A stretch of DNA of 64,000 bases from an uncultured Methanoregulaceae archaeon (GCA_963717525.1 OY970343.1:512001-576000); one strand, 5' to 3'; positions 10,325 through 21,610 are shown, counted from the first letter of the stretch. The notes: generated by a model from the sequence alone, not told the origin. Translations and numbers: made by a program.

Positions 10325-11212
10325 ATGGCAGGTGGCCCGGGGAGACTGGAAGAAACTGCAATCGATGCTCTCACGAGAGTCCACCTCACCCGGCTCGACA
10401 AGGTCCTGTACCCGGCGGCCCGGGTCACCAAAGGCGACGTCCTCACGTACTACATCCGGGTGGCGCCGCTCCTGCTCCCGTTTCTCCAGGACCGGCCGCT
10501 GACAATGCACCGGTTCCCGGACGGATTCGGGGGAGAGGGGTTCTTTGAGAAGGACGCTCCCGCCGGCACACCGGAGTACGTGGACATCTTCACTCACTTT
10601 TCGAAGACAGCAGGGAGGGACGTGCATTTTATTGTCTGCAACAATCTCGATACACTCATCTGGATCGCGAACCTTGCCTCCCTTGAAATCCATATCGCCC
10701 TCTCGACTGCAGGTTCATTTGAGTCTCCTGATTTCCTCCTCTTCGATATCGATCCCGAGCCCCCGCTCCGGTTCGATGACGTGATCGATGTTGCACATAT
10801 CGTGCGGGAGCAGCTGGAAGGTGCCGGGCTGCAGCCGTTTGTCAAGACGTCGGGGAAAAAAGGCGTCCACATCGTAGTGCCGCTCATTTCCGGCTACCGG
10901 TTCAGCGAGGCGAGGGAGTTTGCGCACCGGATAGGAAGGGAGATCGCCCGCTCGACCCCGCATGTCGTCTCGGAGTTCCCCCGGTCCCGGGACCCCGGGA
11001 CGATCTTCATCGATTACCTCCAGAATGCGCACGGCAAGACCATGGTCGCTCCGTACAGTCTCCGGGCTGTCCCCGGCGCAACCGTCTCCGCCCCGCTCCG
11101 GTGGGAGGAGCTCCGTCACGGTGCACGTCCCGAAGATTTTAATATAAAGACGATGCTTTCGAGACATGAAGAACCATGGAGGGGAATCCTTGACACCCGG
11201 CAGACAATCTGA
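10325..11212 (+). CDS. ligD: NHEJ primase-polymerase (stand-alone LigD PolDom)
   Basis: TRLDKVLYP, RFPDG..GEGFFEK, FDIDP, KTSGKKGVHI, FIDYLQN and VAPYSLR motifs. Confidence 0.92.
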   Translation: MAGGPGRLEETAIDALTRVHLTRLDKVLYPAARVTKGDVLTYYIRVAPLLLPFLQDRPLTMHRFPDGFGGEGFFEKDAPAGTPEYVDIFTHFSKTAGRDVHFIVCNNLDTLIWIANLASLEIHIALSTAGSFESPDFLLFDIDPEPPLRFDDVIDVAHIVREQLEGAGLQPFVKTSGKKGVHIVVPLISGYRFSEAREFAHRIGREIARSTPHVVSEFPRSRDPGTIFIDYLQNAHGKTMVAPYSLRAVPGATVSAPLRWEELRHGARPEDFNIKTMLSRHEEPWRGILDTRQTI

Positions 11213-12119
11213 TGCGCCACCCGGGCCGCCTGCCCGGGGGACAAAACATGCTGCCAAAGGTGCGGGGAAAAAACCGGCCCCGTCACCGGCAGTCCCCGGA
11301 AAAGACGGAAAGGCAGGAACGCCAGATGACCACGGGAACTCCGGGAAATCCGGCAGGTCGTTCTGGAGCGGGAGCATCACGATCGGGCTCATCAACGTGC
11401 CGGTCCAGCTCTACACGATGGTTCGTGACCGGTCCTTCTCGTTCAGGCTGCTCCACCGGGCAGACGGCCAGCCCCTGAAGTACGACCGGGTCTGTACCCG
11501 GGACGGCATCGTGGTCCCGTGGGCTGAGACCGTGAAGGGATACGAGGTGCGGAAAGGCGAATTCTTGGTCTTTGAACCTGACGAACTCAAAGCGGTGATG
11601 CCCGGGTCCGACCGGAAGATCCGGATCGACAAGTTCGTCTTTTACCTCTCCCTTGACCCGGTCTATTTCGAGAACACCTATCTCCTTGTCCCTGACCGGA
11701 GCGAGGAGGCGTACGGCCTGTTGGTCGCTGCCCTGCAGGAACTCGGCCGTGCCGGGGCCGGGACCATCACGCTCCGGACCAAGGAATACCCCGTGGTAGT
11801 GCACGTGTACGACGGTGCTTTGGTCCTGACCACCCTCCGGCACGCTGAGGAGGTAACGCAGCCGCACGCGTTTGGGATCCTGCCCGTCCTCGCGGCCCCG
11901 AAGGAGAATGAGCTCGCCCTTGCAAAAAAGATCGTAAAAGACCTGTCCGGTGACTTCTCGATCAACGATTACCCGGACCGGTACCGTGAGGCTGTCCTTG
12001 CTCTCGTCGACAGGAAACTGGCCGGCGAGAAGATCGTGTACGAGGAGCCGCACCCCGGGGAGGCGAAGGAACTGATGCAGGCATTGCAGGAGACCATCGC
12101 CACGCTTGCATGGAAGTGA
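11212..12119 (+). CDS. ku: Ku DNA end-binding protein
   Basis: RSFWSGSITIGLINVPVQLY, VKGYEV, DPVYFENTYLLVP and D.YREAV..LV..K motifs. In-frame ATG is at 11166; the TGATG-coupled ATG at 11212 would be in frame with one added base. Confidence 0.9.
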
Positions 12120-12122
12120 GGC

Positions 12123-13555
12123 ATGGCCTCCCGTTACCTCCCGATGCTCGCCCGGCCCGCCCCCGCCCCGTTCAGCGGCGATGACTGGCTGTTCGAGATC
12201 AAGTGGGACGGCGTGCGGGCGATCGCGACCGTGGACGGGACGCTCTCCCTCCGGAGCAGGAACGGCACGGAACTGGCCGGCCGGTTCCCGGAACTCAACG
12301 AGCTCCTGACGCTCGCACCCGGCACAGTGCTCGACGGGGAGATCGTGGTGATGACGGGCGGGAAACCCGATATGCAGGCCCTTCTCCAGAGGTTACAGGC
12401 CGGCGTGCCCCGCACCGGCACCACACCGGTCACCTACATCATCTTTGACATCCTCGAACGGGACGGAAAACCCCTGACCGGGCTCCCCCTCTTCTCCGGC
12501 GAAAGCAGCTGGAGGCGGCGGTGCAGGAAGGTTCCCATGTCGTCCTCTCCGAACCCGTTGCGGGCCGGGGCGAGGACTATTACCGGGCCGCGGTAGCACA
12601 GGGCCTCGAAGGGGTCATGGCAAAACGCAGGGACAGCCGGTACGAGCCCGGTATCCGGAGCGGGATGTGGCTGAAGGTCAGGGCGCAGAAAAGCTGCGAC
12701 TGCGTGATCGCCGGCTACACACCCGGGCGGGGGATCCGGAAACCGGCCTTTGGGGCACTTCTCCTGGGGTTGTACGAGAACGATCTGCTGGTCCCGGTCG
12801 GCAAGGTCGGAACCGGCTTCTCCGCCCGGCTGCTCGGGGAGCTCGCGGAGCAGTTCGCACCGCTCGCGACAGCATTGCCACCGCCCTGGAGCGCCCGTGA
12901 GAAGGTCGTCTGGCTGGAACCGGTCCTCGTGTGCGAAGTGGCATACCAGGAAGTGACCCGTGACCGGAAACTGCGGATCCCCCGCTTTCTCCGTCTCCGT
13001 TCCGATAAGCCGGCGTCTTCCTGTACGATCGACCAGATCGAAGGCGGGCAATCGCATCCTGCACGAACGGCACCGGCTTCACCCTGGGCACGACCCGATG
13101 GCGTGCAACCCGGCCTGAGGAAGTATCATGAAAAACGGAATTTTTCTGTCACCAACGAACCGGAGGGACTACCGGATATGAGCGGGAACAGTTTTGTCAT
13201 CCAGGAACACCACTCCCACAAGCTGCACTACGATTTGAGGCTGGAGCGGGACGGGGTGCTCGCAAGCTGGGCGGTGCCAAAAGGCGTCCCCCTCGCCGTG
13301 GGCGAGAAGCACCTTGCGGTTGCTGTCGAAGATCACCCGCTTGAGTACGGAACGTTCGAGGGCGAGATCCCCAAAGGCCAGTATGGCGCCGGTACGGTCA
13401 CCATCTGGGACAGCGGGACGTACGAGACAAAACACTGGGACGCAGAGAAGATCGAGTTCACTCTCCACGGCAAACGGCTGGACGGGCCGTACGTGCTCGT
13501 GAAGTTCAAACGGGCGGGAAAGAACGAATGGCTGCTGTTCCGGGTGGCGGAGTGA
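12123..13555 (+). CDS. ligD: ATP-dependent DNA ligase fused to a C-terminal 3'-phosphoesterase (LigD LIG-PE), one frameshift near 12500
   Basis: EIKWDGVR (motif I), LDGEIV, FDIL, EGVMAK, WLKV and OB fold, then in frame FVIQEH...LHYDLRLE..GVLASWAVPKG...EDHPLEY...GQYGAG. Confidence 0.88.
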
Positions 13556-13558
13556 GGG

Positions 13559-13633
13559 CTTTGTCAAGTCTTCGGGAGTTATGACGAACACTACGTCGAA
13601 AAATATATGTCCCCTCCCGATGACTTGACAGAG
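13559..13633. repeat. 20-bp imperfect inverted repeat directly after the ligase stop codon
   Basis: CTTTGTCAAGTCTTCGGGAG (13559-13578) versus CTCCCGATGACTTGACAGAG (13614-13633); 18 of 20 positions complementary. Confidence 0.7.
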
Positions 13634-14454
13634 GCCCCGGGAAAGCCTAGGAGTGTCTGCGGGCACGAGCGAGCACGAGCGATTGCTCGCCTTTTATGTA
13701 TGAGGATCCGGTCGATCCGATATAATATCCCGGTTTTTCCTGTCAATTTTTGAATCCTCATTCCCTGTCTTTTTTAGTTCTCGTCCAGAAAGCCGTGCAT
13801 TTCGTTTTATACGAGTAAAAGGAAAGAAAAACCTTTGCAACATTTTCTAAGCTGAAAACCGGAAAATCCGGATCCGGGATCCGGACCGGCCGGATCACAA
13901 AAAATATTCCCCAATACAACAAATGAAAAAACAGAATATCAACTAGTACCCAAAACGGACCCGGCTAGGACCGGCAAGATCAATAGGAACGATTCCGATT
14001 TATGCGCGTTTTCAGACGTAATCAAAAAACACAGAGTGTAAGCCTTTAAACTCTGTATTTCTCCAAAAAATTTCGGATGAGTATGACAATATTAATGTAA
14101 ATCGTCTAAAAAGGTTTAGATTTTTGTTTTATTGTCTTTTAATTGGTTTAATAGCTTTTAGTTATTTGTTGTTCCGGTGTTTTTATTTACGTATCTCTAA
14201 CAATGTAATATTTTTCATTTTACCCAAATATCACACGACAGTTAACACTTCCGTTCATCCCTCACCAAGTTAACAGAATCGTGTGGTCTGTTCTGGCACG
14301 TTGTTGGCAGTTCGGCACTCACCAAAATCCCCATTAAAAATCGGCGGGTGATGTAATTGCTGAAAATAAGGGTTGATGGCTATTATCGGTTTCCTTTGCG
14401 GCATATTTTTATGGGAAACACTTATCGCATAATTCTAAAAATGAGAGGAAGAGA

Positions 14455-14799
14455 TTAGTTCCTATTCTTTAGGAACAGTAAGATCACGGCGCACAGGCTT
14501 ATTGCCGCAAGAACTGGGATCACGTCAAGACCAGACTCGGTCGTATTTGTGGTTGTCGCGGTAGCTGTCGTGACATTTGTCGGCAACGGTGTGGTCACGG
14601 TTGTCATCACTTGAGTGGGTACAGTTGTAATATTTTCGTTAGTGTTTTCACCTACCCAATAGTCAAGACGTGCGCCACCACCCCCAGAACTACCTCCACC
14701 AGAAGATCCCCCCTTCGCCGCAGACACTGGTACCACAACAGTAACCAACGCAATAATCAATAGCAATGCAAGAACCAGACTTAACCGTTTCAGATCCAA
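14455..14799 (-). CDS. Small secreted/surface protein: signal peptide, Gly/Ser and Thr-rich linker, C-terminal membrane anchor
   Basis: TTG start after AAGGAG; signal ending VPVSA; Thr-rich stretch; terminal hydrophobic helix plus KNRN, resembling archaeal CTERM sorting tails. Confidence 0.7.
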   Translation of the reverse strand: MDLKRLSLVLALLLIIALVTVVVPVSAAKGGSSGGGSSGGGGARLDYWVGENTNENITTVPTQVMTTVTTPLPTNVTTATATTTNTTESGLDVIPVLAAISLCAVILLFLKNRN

Positions 14800-15205
14800 T
14801 CACATCAACTCCTTCATATCAATTTATGTTATTATCCTTGCCAGAGAATAAAAAAGGTTCTACTGGGTTCGTGGTTGATTGATAAGTTTTAGGGCATGTG
14901 GTAAGTGACGGTTGGTCTCGCACTTTCACGCCCCGCATGGCCTAGGCTCTAAAACCTGCATCGGCCATTTACTTTTACTGTGGGTCGCACATTTCTATCT
15001 ATCAGGCAGGGTATCAACGAGATTGCAGGTCGTTAGGCGCGGTCAGACTCGGTGGTTGAAAAACCCCGATCAGAAGTACGGAGAACTTCTTGTTCAATAT
15101 ACCAAAGCGTATTCGAGTGTGGCTTTTGATGGTTCTGTCAAGTTGCCGGGACTTTTAGTAAAAATGATGGGGTGTTGGAGGGCGCAATCTTTTGGTACCC
15201 GGTTC

Positions 15206-16267
15206 TTATCTTTCACTGGCAAAAGCCTCTTTTACGAGGTCTTCCTGTTTTTTTGACAACTTTTCCGGGATCTTCACTATCGTTTTTACCATCAGGTCTC
15301 CCCGTTTGTCTGAATTCAGGTACGGCATCCCCTGCTCGCGGAGCCTGAAAAGCGTATGGCTCTGCGTCCCGGGAGGGATCTTCAGGTGCGCTTTACCCGT
15401 AATCGTGGGCACCTCTACCTCTCCGCCAAGAAGTGCGGTTTCAAGCCTGATGACCACGGAGCTGTAGAGATCTGCACCTTTGCGGTCGAACGTGCGGTCC
15501 GGCCGGATATGGATGACCGCGTACAGGTCACCGGGGGGGCCGTTGTTCTCGCCGGGTTCCCCCTCCCCCGGGATCCTCAGAAACTGTCCGTCTTCCACTC
15601 CGCGGGGGACCGAGACCTCGATCTTCCGGGTCTTCTGCACCGACCCCTTTCCTTTGCAGGCCGGACAGGGCTTGTCGATGATCCTTCCCTCTCCCCGGCA
15701 GGCCGGACAGACCGAGATATTCATTACCTGGCGGTTGCCGTTTCTCTGGATATTCCTGACCTCGCCGCTCCCCTGGCAGGTCGGGCAGATCCGCATGGAA
15801 CCCGATTCTGCCCCCGTGCCATGACAGGTCCCACAGGTATAATGATGCGGTACACCGACCGTATTTTTCGTGCCGTGAAATGCATCGGCGAGTGAGATCT
15901 CAATCTCGTACCGGAGATCCGCTCCCCCACGCTGGCGGGGACGCGGAGAACCATCGGAATATGCATCGAAAATATCCCCTAGGCCAAAGTCCCGGAAAAG
16001 GTCATCGTAGCTGGGCGGTTTATAGCCGGCATAGTCCCCGGGCCGGAAGTCCGCGTGGCCGATCTGGTCGTACTGTGTTTTTTTCTGGGGATCTGAAAGC
16101 ACTTGGTAGGCCTCGTTGATCTCCTTGAATTTCTCCTCGGCCTCCTTGCTCCCTTTGTTGAGATCCGGATGATACTTCCGTGCAAGCTGCCGGAATGCTT
16201 TCTTGATGTCATCCTGCGATGCATCCTTTTTAGCGCCGAGGATCTCGTAATAGTCTTTCTCTGCCAT
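15206..16267 (-). CDS. dnaJ: Chaperone DnaJ
   Basis: J domain with HPD and four CxxCxGxG repeats. Confidence 0.96.
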   Translation of the reverse strand: MAEKDYYEILGAKKDASQDDIKKAFRQLARKYHPDLNKGSKEAEEKFKEINEAYQVLSDPQKKTQYDQIGHADFRPGDYAGYKPPSYDDLFRDFGLGDIFDAYSDGSPRPRQRGGADLRYEIEISLADAFHGTKNTVGVPHHYTCGTCHGTGAESGSMRICPTCQGSGEVRNIQRNGNRQVMNISVCPACRGEGRIIDKPCPACKGKGSVQKTRKIEVSVPRGVEDGQFLRIPGEGEPGENNGPPGDLYAVIHIRPDRTFDRKGADLYSSVVIRLETALLGGEVEVPTITGKAHLKIPPGTQSHTLFRLREQGMPYLNSDKRGDLMVKTIVKIPEKLSKKQEDLVKEAFASER

Positions 16268-16287
16268 GGTTTTTTTTAAAAAAAGGA

Positions 16288-18165
16288 TTATTTCTCATCC
16301 TTTACTTTGAAATCAGCATCGACGACCTTTTCGCCGCCCGGGCCGGTCGTCTCACCCTGGGGAGATTCATTTCCTGCAGGACCTGCCTGCTGCTGGGACT
16401 GCGCCTGCTGCCGGGCAGCTTCCGCGTAAACGGCAGACCCGGCCTCCCCGAGAACCTTCTGGAGATTTTCCATTTCTGCCTTGATCTTTGCGGTATCTTT
16501 TCCTTCCAGCGCGGTCTTTACCGTAACGATAGCCGCATTCACCTTGTCAATGAGATCGGAACTTATTTTTCCGGCAAGATCGGATTTCGTCTTTTCCGCG
16601 GTATAAACCAGGGAGTCCGCCGTATTACGGATCTCGACTTCCTCTTTTCGCCGTTTGTCCTCTTCTTCGAACTGTTGTGCATCATTGACCATCTTTTTTA
16701 TATCAGATTCTGCCAGCTTGGACGAGGCAGTGATGGTCATCTTCTGCTCTTTACCGGTGCCGAGATCCTTTGCAGATACGTTCAGGATACCTGATGCATC
16801 GATATCGAACGAGACTTCGATCTGGGGAACACCGCGGGGTGCCGGGGGAATGCCGACGAGGTTGAACTGCCCGAGGCTCACATTGTCTGCTGCCATGGGA
16901 CGTTCACCCTGGAGCACATGGATGGTAACTGAGGTCTGGGTATCCGCCGCGGTGGAAAAGATCTGGCTCTTTTTGATCGGAATCGTAGTGTTCCTCTCGA
17001 TCAACGGGGTCCTCACGCCGCCAAGCGTCTCGAGACCAAGCGTAAGTGGAGTCACATCAAGGAGCACCATATCCTTGATCTCGCCACCTAAGATTGCACC
17101 CTGGATTGCCGCTCCGATGGCGACACACTCCATCGGGTCGATTCCCCGCTCCGCCGTCCTCCCGACACGGTCCTCGATGAACTTCTGGACCACGGGCATC
17201 CGTGTCGGCCCTCCGACAAGGATCACCTTCTGGATATCATCTTTTTTCAGTTTTGCATCCTTCAGGGCCTGTTCACACGGCTGAATGCAGCGGCTGATAA
17301 TCGGTTCGATCAGCTGTTCGAGTTTTGCCCGGGTCAGTTTCATGGCGAGATGTTTCGGGCCTGACTGGGTTGCAGAAACATAGGGGAGATTGATCTCGGT
17401 TTCTATGACGGTGGATAATTCGATCTTTGCCTTTTCAGCGGCTTCTTTCACCCGGTTGACAGCCATCTTGTCACTCCGGAGATCGATCCCCTCGACTTTT
17501 TTGAATTCGTCGGCAATCCAGTCAAAGATTGCATTATCCATATCTGTCCCGCCCAGCTGGGTGTCGCCCGAGGTTGCAAGGACCGTGAACGTCCCGCCGC
17601 CGAATTCCATGATGGTCACATCGAGCGTGCCTCCGCCAAGGTCAAAGACTAGGATCTTGTACTCACCGCTGCGGTCAAGGCCGTACGCCATCGATGCTGC
17701 CGTGGGTTCATTGACTAGCCTGACAACATCCAGCCCTGCAATTTTGCCTGCGTCCTTGGTAGCCGTTCTCTGGTTGTCGTTGAAGTAGGCGGGAACGGTA
17801 ATCACGGCCTTGGTCACCGGTTCCCCCAGGAATGCTTCTGCATCCCTTTTTATCTTCTGCAGGATATAGGCAGAGATCTGCTGGGGCGTGTATTCCTTGC
17901 CGTATATCTTGTACACGTGATCCGATCCCATCTTCCGTTTTACCGCCGTGACCGTACCTGACGGGTTGCTCACTGCCTGCCGCCGCGCCGGTTCTCCGAC
18001 GAGAAGCTGACCGTCCGGCGTGAACGCAACGTACGAGGGAAACATCTTACCGGCAACGGTTGCCCCTTCTGCAGAGGGAATAATGGTCGCTTTGCCCCCG
18101 AGCATCACCGCGCCTTCACTGTTCGAAGTCCCAAGATCAATTCCGATAATCTTCTCTTTAGCCAT
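16288..18165 (-). CDS. dnaK: Chaperone DnaK (Hsp70)
   Basis: [24 protein letters not shown] and LLDVTPL motifs; short form without the proteobacterial N-domain insert. Confidence 0.97.
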   Translation of the reverse strand: MAKEKIIGIDLGTSNSEGAVMLGGKATIIPSAEGATVAGKMFPSYVAFTPDGQLLVGEPARRQAVSNPSGTVTAVKRKMGSDHVYKIYGKEYTPQQISAYILQKIKRDAEAFLGEPVTKAVITVPAYFNDNQRTATKDAGKIAGLDVVRLVNEPTAASMAYGLDRSGEYKILVFDLGGGTLDVTIMEFGGGTFTVLATSGDTQLGGTDMDNAIFDWIADEFKKVEGIDLRSDKMAVNRVKEAAEKAKIELSTVIETEINLPYVSATQSGPKHLAMKLTRAKLEQLIEPIISRCIQPCEQALKDAKLKKDDIQKVILVGGPTRMPVVQKFIEDRVGRTAERGIDPMECVAIGAAIQGAILGGEIKDMVLLDVTPLTLGLETLGGVRTPLIERNTTIPIKKSQIFSTAADTQTSVTIHVLQGERPMAADNVSLGQFNLVGIPPAPRGVPQIEVSFDIDASGILNVSAKDLGTGKEQKMTITASSKLAESDIKKMVNDAQQFEEEDKRRKEEVEIRNTADSLVYTAEKTKSDLAGKISSDLIDKVNAAIVTVKTALEGKDTAKIKAEMENLQKVLGEAGSAVYAEAARQQAQSQQQAGPAGNESPQGETTGPGGEKVVDADFKVKDEK

Positions 18166-18685
18166 TGTTTTCACCTTCATGTTCTCCAACGTTTTCTGCA
18201 ATCACTACTTTCGATGGTCGGATAACCTTTGATTTCAGCTGGTAGCCCTTTCCGATCTCGTTAACCACCGTATCAGGTTCCCTGGTGCATTGCTCCCTGC
18301 ACAGTACGTCATGAAAATTCGGATCGAATTTTTTCCCCACGCAGTCTATGGGATGGAGTCCATAACCAGCAAGGATTTTCAAGAGTTTTTTCTGGATCAT
18401 CAAAACTCCCTCCTTGTTTTTTTCCTTTTCGAGTGACGGGAGCGCTCGTTCGAAATCATCGAGGATGACGAGGAGGTCTTTGATCAGGTCCTCGTTCGCG
18501 AGCGCTATGATCGCGCCTTTCTCTTTCTCAGACCATTTGCGATAATTATCAAAATCTGCCTGGAGGTATTTCAGCCGGTTCAGCCGCTCCTCTGCCAGAT
18601 CTGTTTTCTCATCGAGGTCTTTTTTCAGCCGTTCGATCTCTTCCGTCAGCGATTGTTTTTTCTGCTGAACATCATCGGTGTCCAT
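18158..18685 (-). CDS. grpE: Nucleotide exchange factor GrpE
   Basis: [16 protein letters not shown] and [12 protein letters not shown] motifs. Confidence 0.95.
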   Translation of the reverse strand: MDTDDVQQKKQSLTEEIERLKKDLDEKTDLAEERLNRLKYLQADFDNYRKWSEKEKGAIIALANEDLIKDLLVILDDFERALPSLEKEKNKEGVLMIQKKLLKILAGYGLHPIDCVGKKFDPNFHDVLCREQCTREPDTVVNEIGKGYQLKSKVIRPSKVVIAENVGEHEGENNG

Positions 18686-18907
18686 TGAAACGTCCTTAAC
18701 TTCTTAATGCTCTTTAACCTTTGCTTAGGGCAGTCCTTCATCGGACCGGCGATGTTTTCTCCAGGTTCCCGAGGGAAAGGTTCAGCCTGGCACTCACCCG
18801 CAAGGGAAATGTTTACGATGCTGCACGTGACATCTTTATTGTTCAACGTTTCCTGAAAGGTCAGTTTTACCCCCCTTTGTTCCCGGTCATAATCGTGAAT
18901 CTCCTTT

Positions 18908-18946
18908 GAATGATTTACCATAAGTTAGTATGATATAGTATATAAA
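18908..18946 (-). promoter_or_regulatory. grpE-dnaK-dnaJ promoter: TATA box plus palindromic putative heat-shock operator
   Basis: Minus strand TTTATATA-C-TATATCATACTAACTTATGGTAAATCATTC; two mismatches to the clpB copy. Confidence 0.7.
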
Positions 18947-19060
18947 ATGTTGGTATGGGGGGCTATGCATATAAAGTCCCATTTTGACCCGACTTTAGGT
19001 GCAGACTTAGACTTATCAGCATCCTTATATTATCATGAGGTAGAACAGGAGATCGATTTT

Positions 19061-21484
19061 ATGACCGGTGATTCGATCACCCCGGACACAACAACAGCGG
19101 CACCGGATCAGGGATTCATGAACGGACTTTCCAGTACCGAGGTAACTGACCTCCGGCACCGGTTTGGCTTCAACGATCTCCCTGAAGAAAAGAAACACCC
19201 GCTGCTCAAATTCCTTTCCTATTTCTGGGGCCCTATCCCGTGGATGATCGAGGCAGCAGCCATCCTGTCGGCGGCAATTTCGAACTGGGAAGACTTTGCC
19301 GTGATTCTCCTCCTTCTGATAACCAATGCGGTTGTCGGATTTCTCCAGGAGAGAAAAGCGGAGAACGCCATTGAACTCTTAAAAAAGCAGCTCGCCCCCA
19401 ATGCCCGAGTCCTCCGGGACGGGATCTGGCAGGAAATACCGGCTCGCGAACTCGTGCCCGGGGATATCGTCCATATCCGGCTCGGGGATATCGTCCCGGC
19501 AGATGCCGTCCTTGGCAAGGGAAAGTATCTCCTTCTCGATGAATCGGCACTGACCGGTGAATCCCTCCCGGTCGAAAAGAAGTCGGGTGATACGGTGTAC
19601 TCTGGATCCATCGTCCGTCAGGGTGAGATGGATGCAACGGTCACCACAATAGGGGGAAACACCTTTTTTGGCAAGACCGCCCGGCTTGTCCAGGTAAAAT
19701 CTCCGCGAAGCCACTTCCAGGCCGCCATCGAAAAGATCGGGAATTATCTTATTATTCTCGCTGTTGTGCTGGTCAGCATCATTTTTATTGTCGCACTCAT
19801 ACGGTCTGAATCTTTTGTGGACACACTTCAGTTCGCCCTCATTCTGGTGGTAGCAGCAATTCCTGCGGCACTTCCCGCCGTAATGACCGTGACCATGGCC
19901 GTCGGCGCCGTGGCCCTGGCAAAAAAGGAGGCGATTGTCAGCCGGCTTTCTGCTATAGAAGAGATGGCGGGAATGGATATCCTCTGCTCCGATAAGACCG
20001 GGACCATCACGCAGAATTCCATTAGCATCGGTGAGATCAGAACTTTTCCTGGGGTTTCCGAACAGGATGTCATTATCGCGGCTGGGCTGGCCTCAAAAAA
20101 AGAGAGCAATGATCCTATCGATATGGCAATCATCGAAAAATCCGGATCTGCAACCACTTTCGAAGAACCCGGTACCCAAGGATACGAGGTTATCGATTTT
20201 GTGCCATTCGACCCGGACTCAAAATATACAAAGGCGAAGGTCAGGAACGCTGGTGGAACAGTAATTGAAGTGGCAAAGGGTGCTCCTCAGGCAATTGCCT
20301 CCCTTGCCGGGAAAGAAGCGGTACTCGGTTCAACGCTGGACGGCTGGATAACGGCATTTGCTGAGAAAGGGTACCGGGCGCTTGGCGTTGGACGGACAAT
20401 ACCGGACGGTACATGGCAGTATCTTGGCCTGATCGGACTTTTCGATCCGCCCCGGGAGGATGCTGCGGCCACGATCGCCGAGGCAAAAAAACGTGGCGTG
20501 AACGTGAAAATGGTGACCGGGGATCATGTCGCCATTGCCAAGGAGATCGCCGGAAAGGTAGGTCTTGGCCAGAATATCCTTCCCCGGACTGCGCTGGCTG
20601 CCGGTGACGGGGACGAGTCCCGGAAACAGATGGAGTCTGCCGATGGGTTCGCACAGGTTCTCCCTGAAGACAAGTTCCGGATTGTAAAAATCCTCCAGGG
20701 TGGCAACCATATTGTCGGGATGACCGGGGACGGTGTGAATGATGCGCCGGCACTTCGGGAGGCAGATGCCGGCATTGCGGTTGCCGGTGCAACAGATGCT
20801 GCAAAATCTGCCGCAGATATCGTCCTGACAAGACCCGGGCTCTCGGTTATCATTGATGCGATCGAGAGAAGCCGGGAAATATTCCGGCGGATGGAAAATT
20901 ATGCGGTCTACCGCATCGCCGAGACGGTCCGGGTCCTGATATTCCTGACTCTTTGTATTGTGCTCCTTAATTTTTACCCGGTTACTGCACTCATGCTGGT
21001 TGTGCTCGCTATCCTCAACGATCTTCCCATCATGATGATTGCCTTTGATAATGCACCGGTCGCAGCAAAGCCCGTGCGCTGGCAGATGAACCGTATCCTG
21101 ACACTCGCATCTATCCTCGGGATCCTCGGTGTGGTTTCAAGTTTTATCCTTCTCTGGGTTGCACGGGAATATTTCCATCTTGATCCCGGCGTCATCCAGA
21201 CGCTCATTTTCCTCAAGCTTGCTGTTGCCGGCCACATGACGATTTACCTTGCCCGTACCGGCCAGCAGCATTTCTGGGAACGGCCGTTGCCGGCGTTCGC
21301 TCTTTTTGGCACTGCAGAAATAACGCAGGTAGCCGCCACTCTGATCGCGATCTACGGTGTTTTCATCATGACGCCCATCGGGTGGTCGCTTGCGCTCATA
21401 GTCTGGGGCTATGCACTGGTATGGTTCGTGATCAACGACCAGGTCAAGGTATTGTTGTTCAGGAAGATCCATCCCTATTCGTGA
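19061..21484 (+). CDS. Plasma-membrane proton-efflux P-type ATPase (type IIIA)
   Basis: KFLSYFWGPIPWMIE, TGES, CSDKTGT phosphorylation site, DPPR, TGDGVNDAP and AILND (H+-binding Asp). Confidence 0.92.
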   Translation: MTGDSITPDTTTAAPDQGFMNGLSSTEVTDLRHRFGFNDLPEEKKHPLLKFLSYFWGPIPWMIEAAAILSAAISNWEDFAVILLLLITNAVVGFLQERKAENAIELLKKQLAPNARVLRDGIWQEIPARELVPGDIVHIRLGDIVPADAVLGKGKYLLLDESALTGESLPVEKKSGDTVYSGSIVRQGEMDATVTTIGGNTFFGKTARLVQVKSPRSHFQAAIEKIGNYLIILAVVLVSIIFIVALIRSESFVDTLQFALILVVAAIPAALPAVMTVTMAVGAVALAKKEAIVSRLSAIEEMAGMDILCSDKTGTITQNSISIGEIRTFPGVSEQDVIIAAGLASKKESNDPIDMAIIEKSGSATTFEEPGTQGYEVIDFVPFDPDSKYTKAKVRNAGGTVIEVAKGAPQAIASLAGKEAVLGSTLDGWITAFAEKGYRALGVGRTIPDGTWQYLGLIGLFDPPREDAAATIAEAKKRGVNVKMVTGDHVAIAKEIAGKVGLGQNILPRTALAAGDGDESRKQMESADGFAQVLPEDKFRIVKILQGGNHIVGMTGDGVNDAPALREADAGIAVAGATDAAKSAADIVLTRPGLSVIIDAIERSREIFRRMENYAVYRIAETVRVLIFLTLCIVLLNFYPVTALMLVVLAILNDLPIMMIAFDNAPVAAKPVRWQMNRILTLASILGILGVVSSFILLWVAREYFHLDPGVIQTLIFLKLAVAGHMTIYLARTGQQHFWERPLPAFALFGTAEITQVAATLIAIYGVFIMTPIGWSLALIVWGYALVWFVINDQVKVLLFRKIHPYS

Positions 21485-21610
21485 TCCGGTTTTTTGGCGG
21501 ACGGTTTGCCCGGCCACGGTGAGCCGAGGATACTACGGTCGGAAAAATTCACCGGTTCATAATGAGAACACAGAAATAGGTCAGGAAAATAATAAAAAAT
21601 CCATATCATT

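Noticed and set aside
18646..18921. 91-aa ORF upstream of grpE as a real protein gene
   Set aside because: Its ATG lies inside the promoter palindrome and the clpB copy is stopped and frameshifted after 13 codons. Kept only as part of the shared-leader finding.
21485..21610. Fluoride riboswitch upstream of the ClC gene
   Set aside because: No GAUG...UAA...GCU.AUGAC-type aptamer pattern is present, and the protein has GREGP rather than the CLC-F signature.
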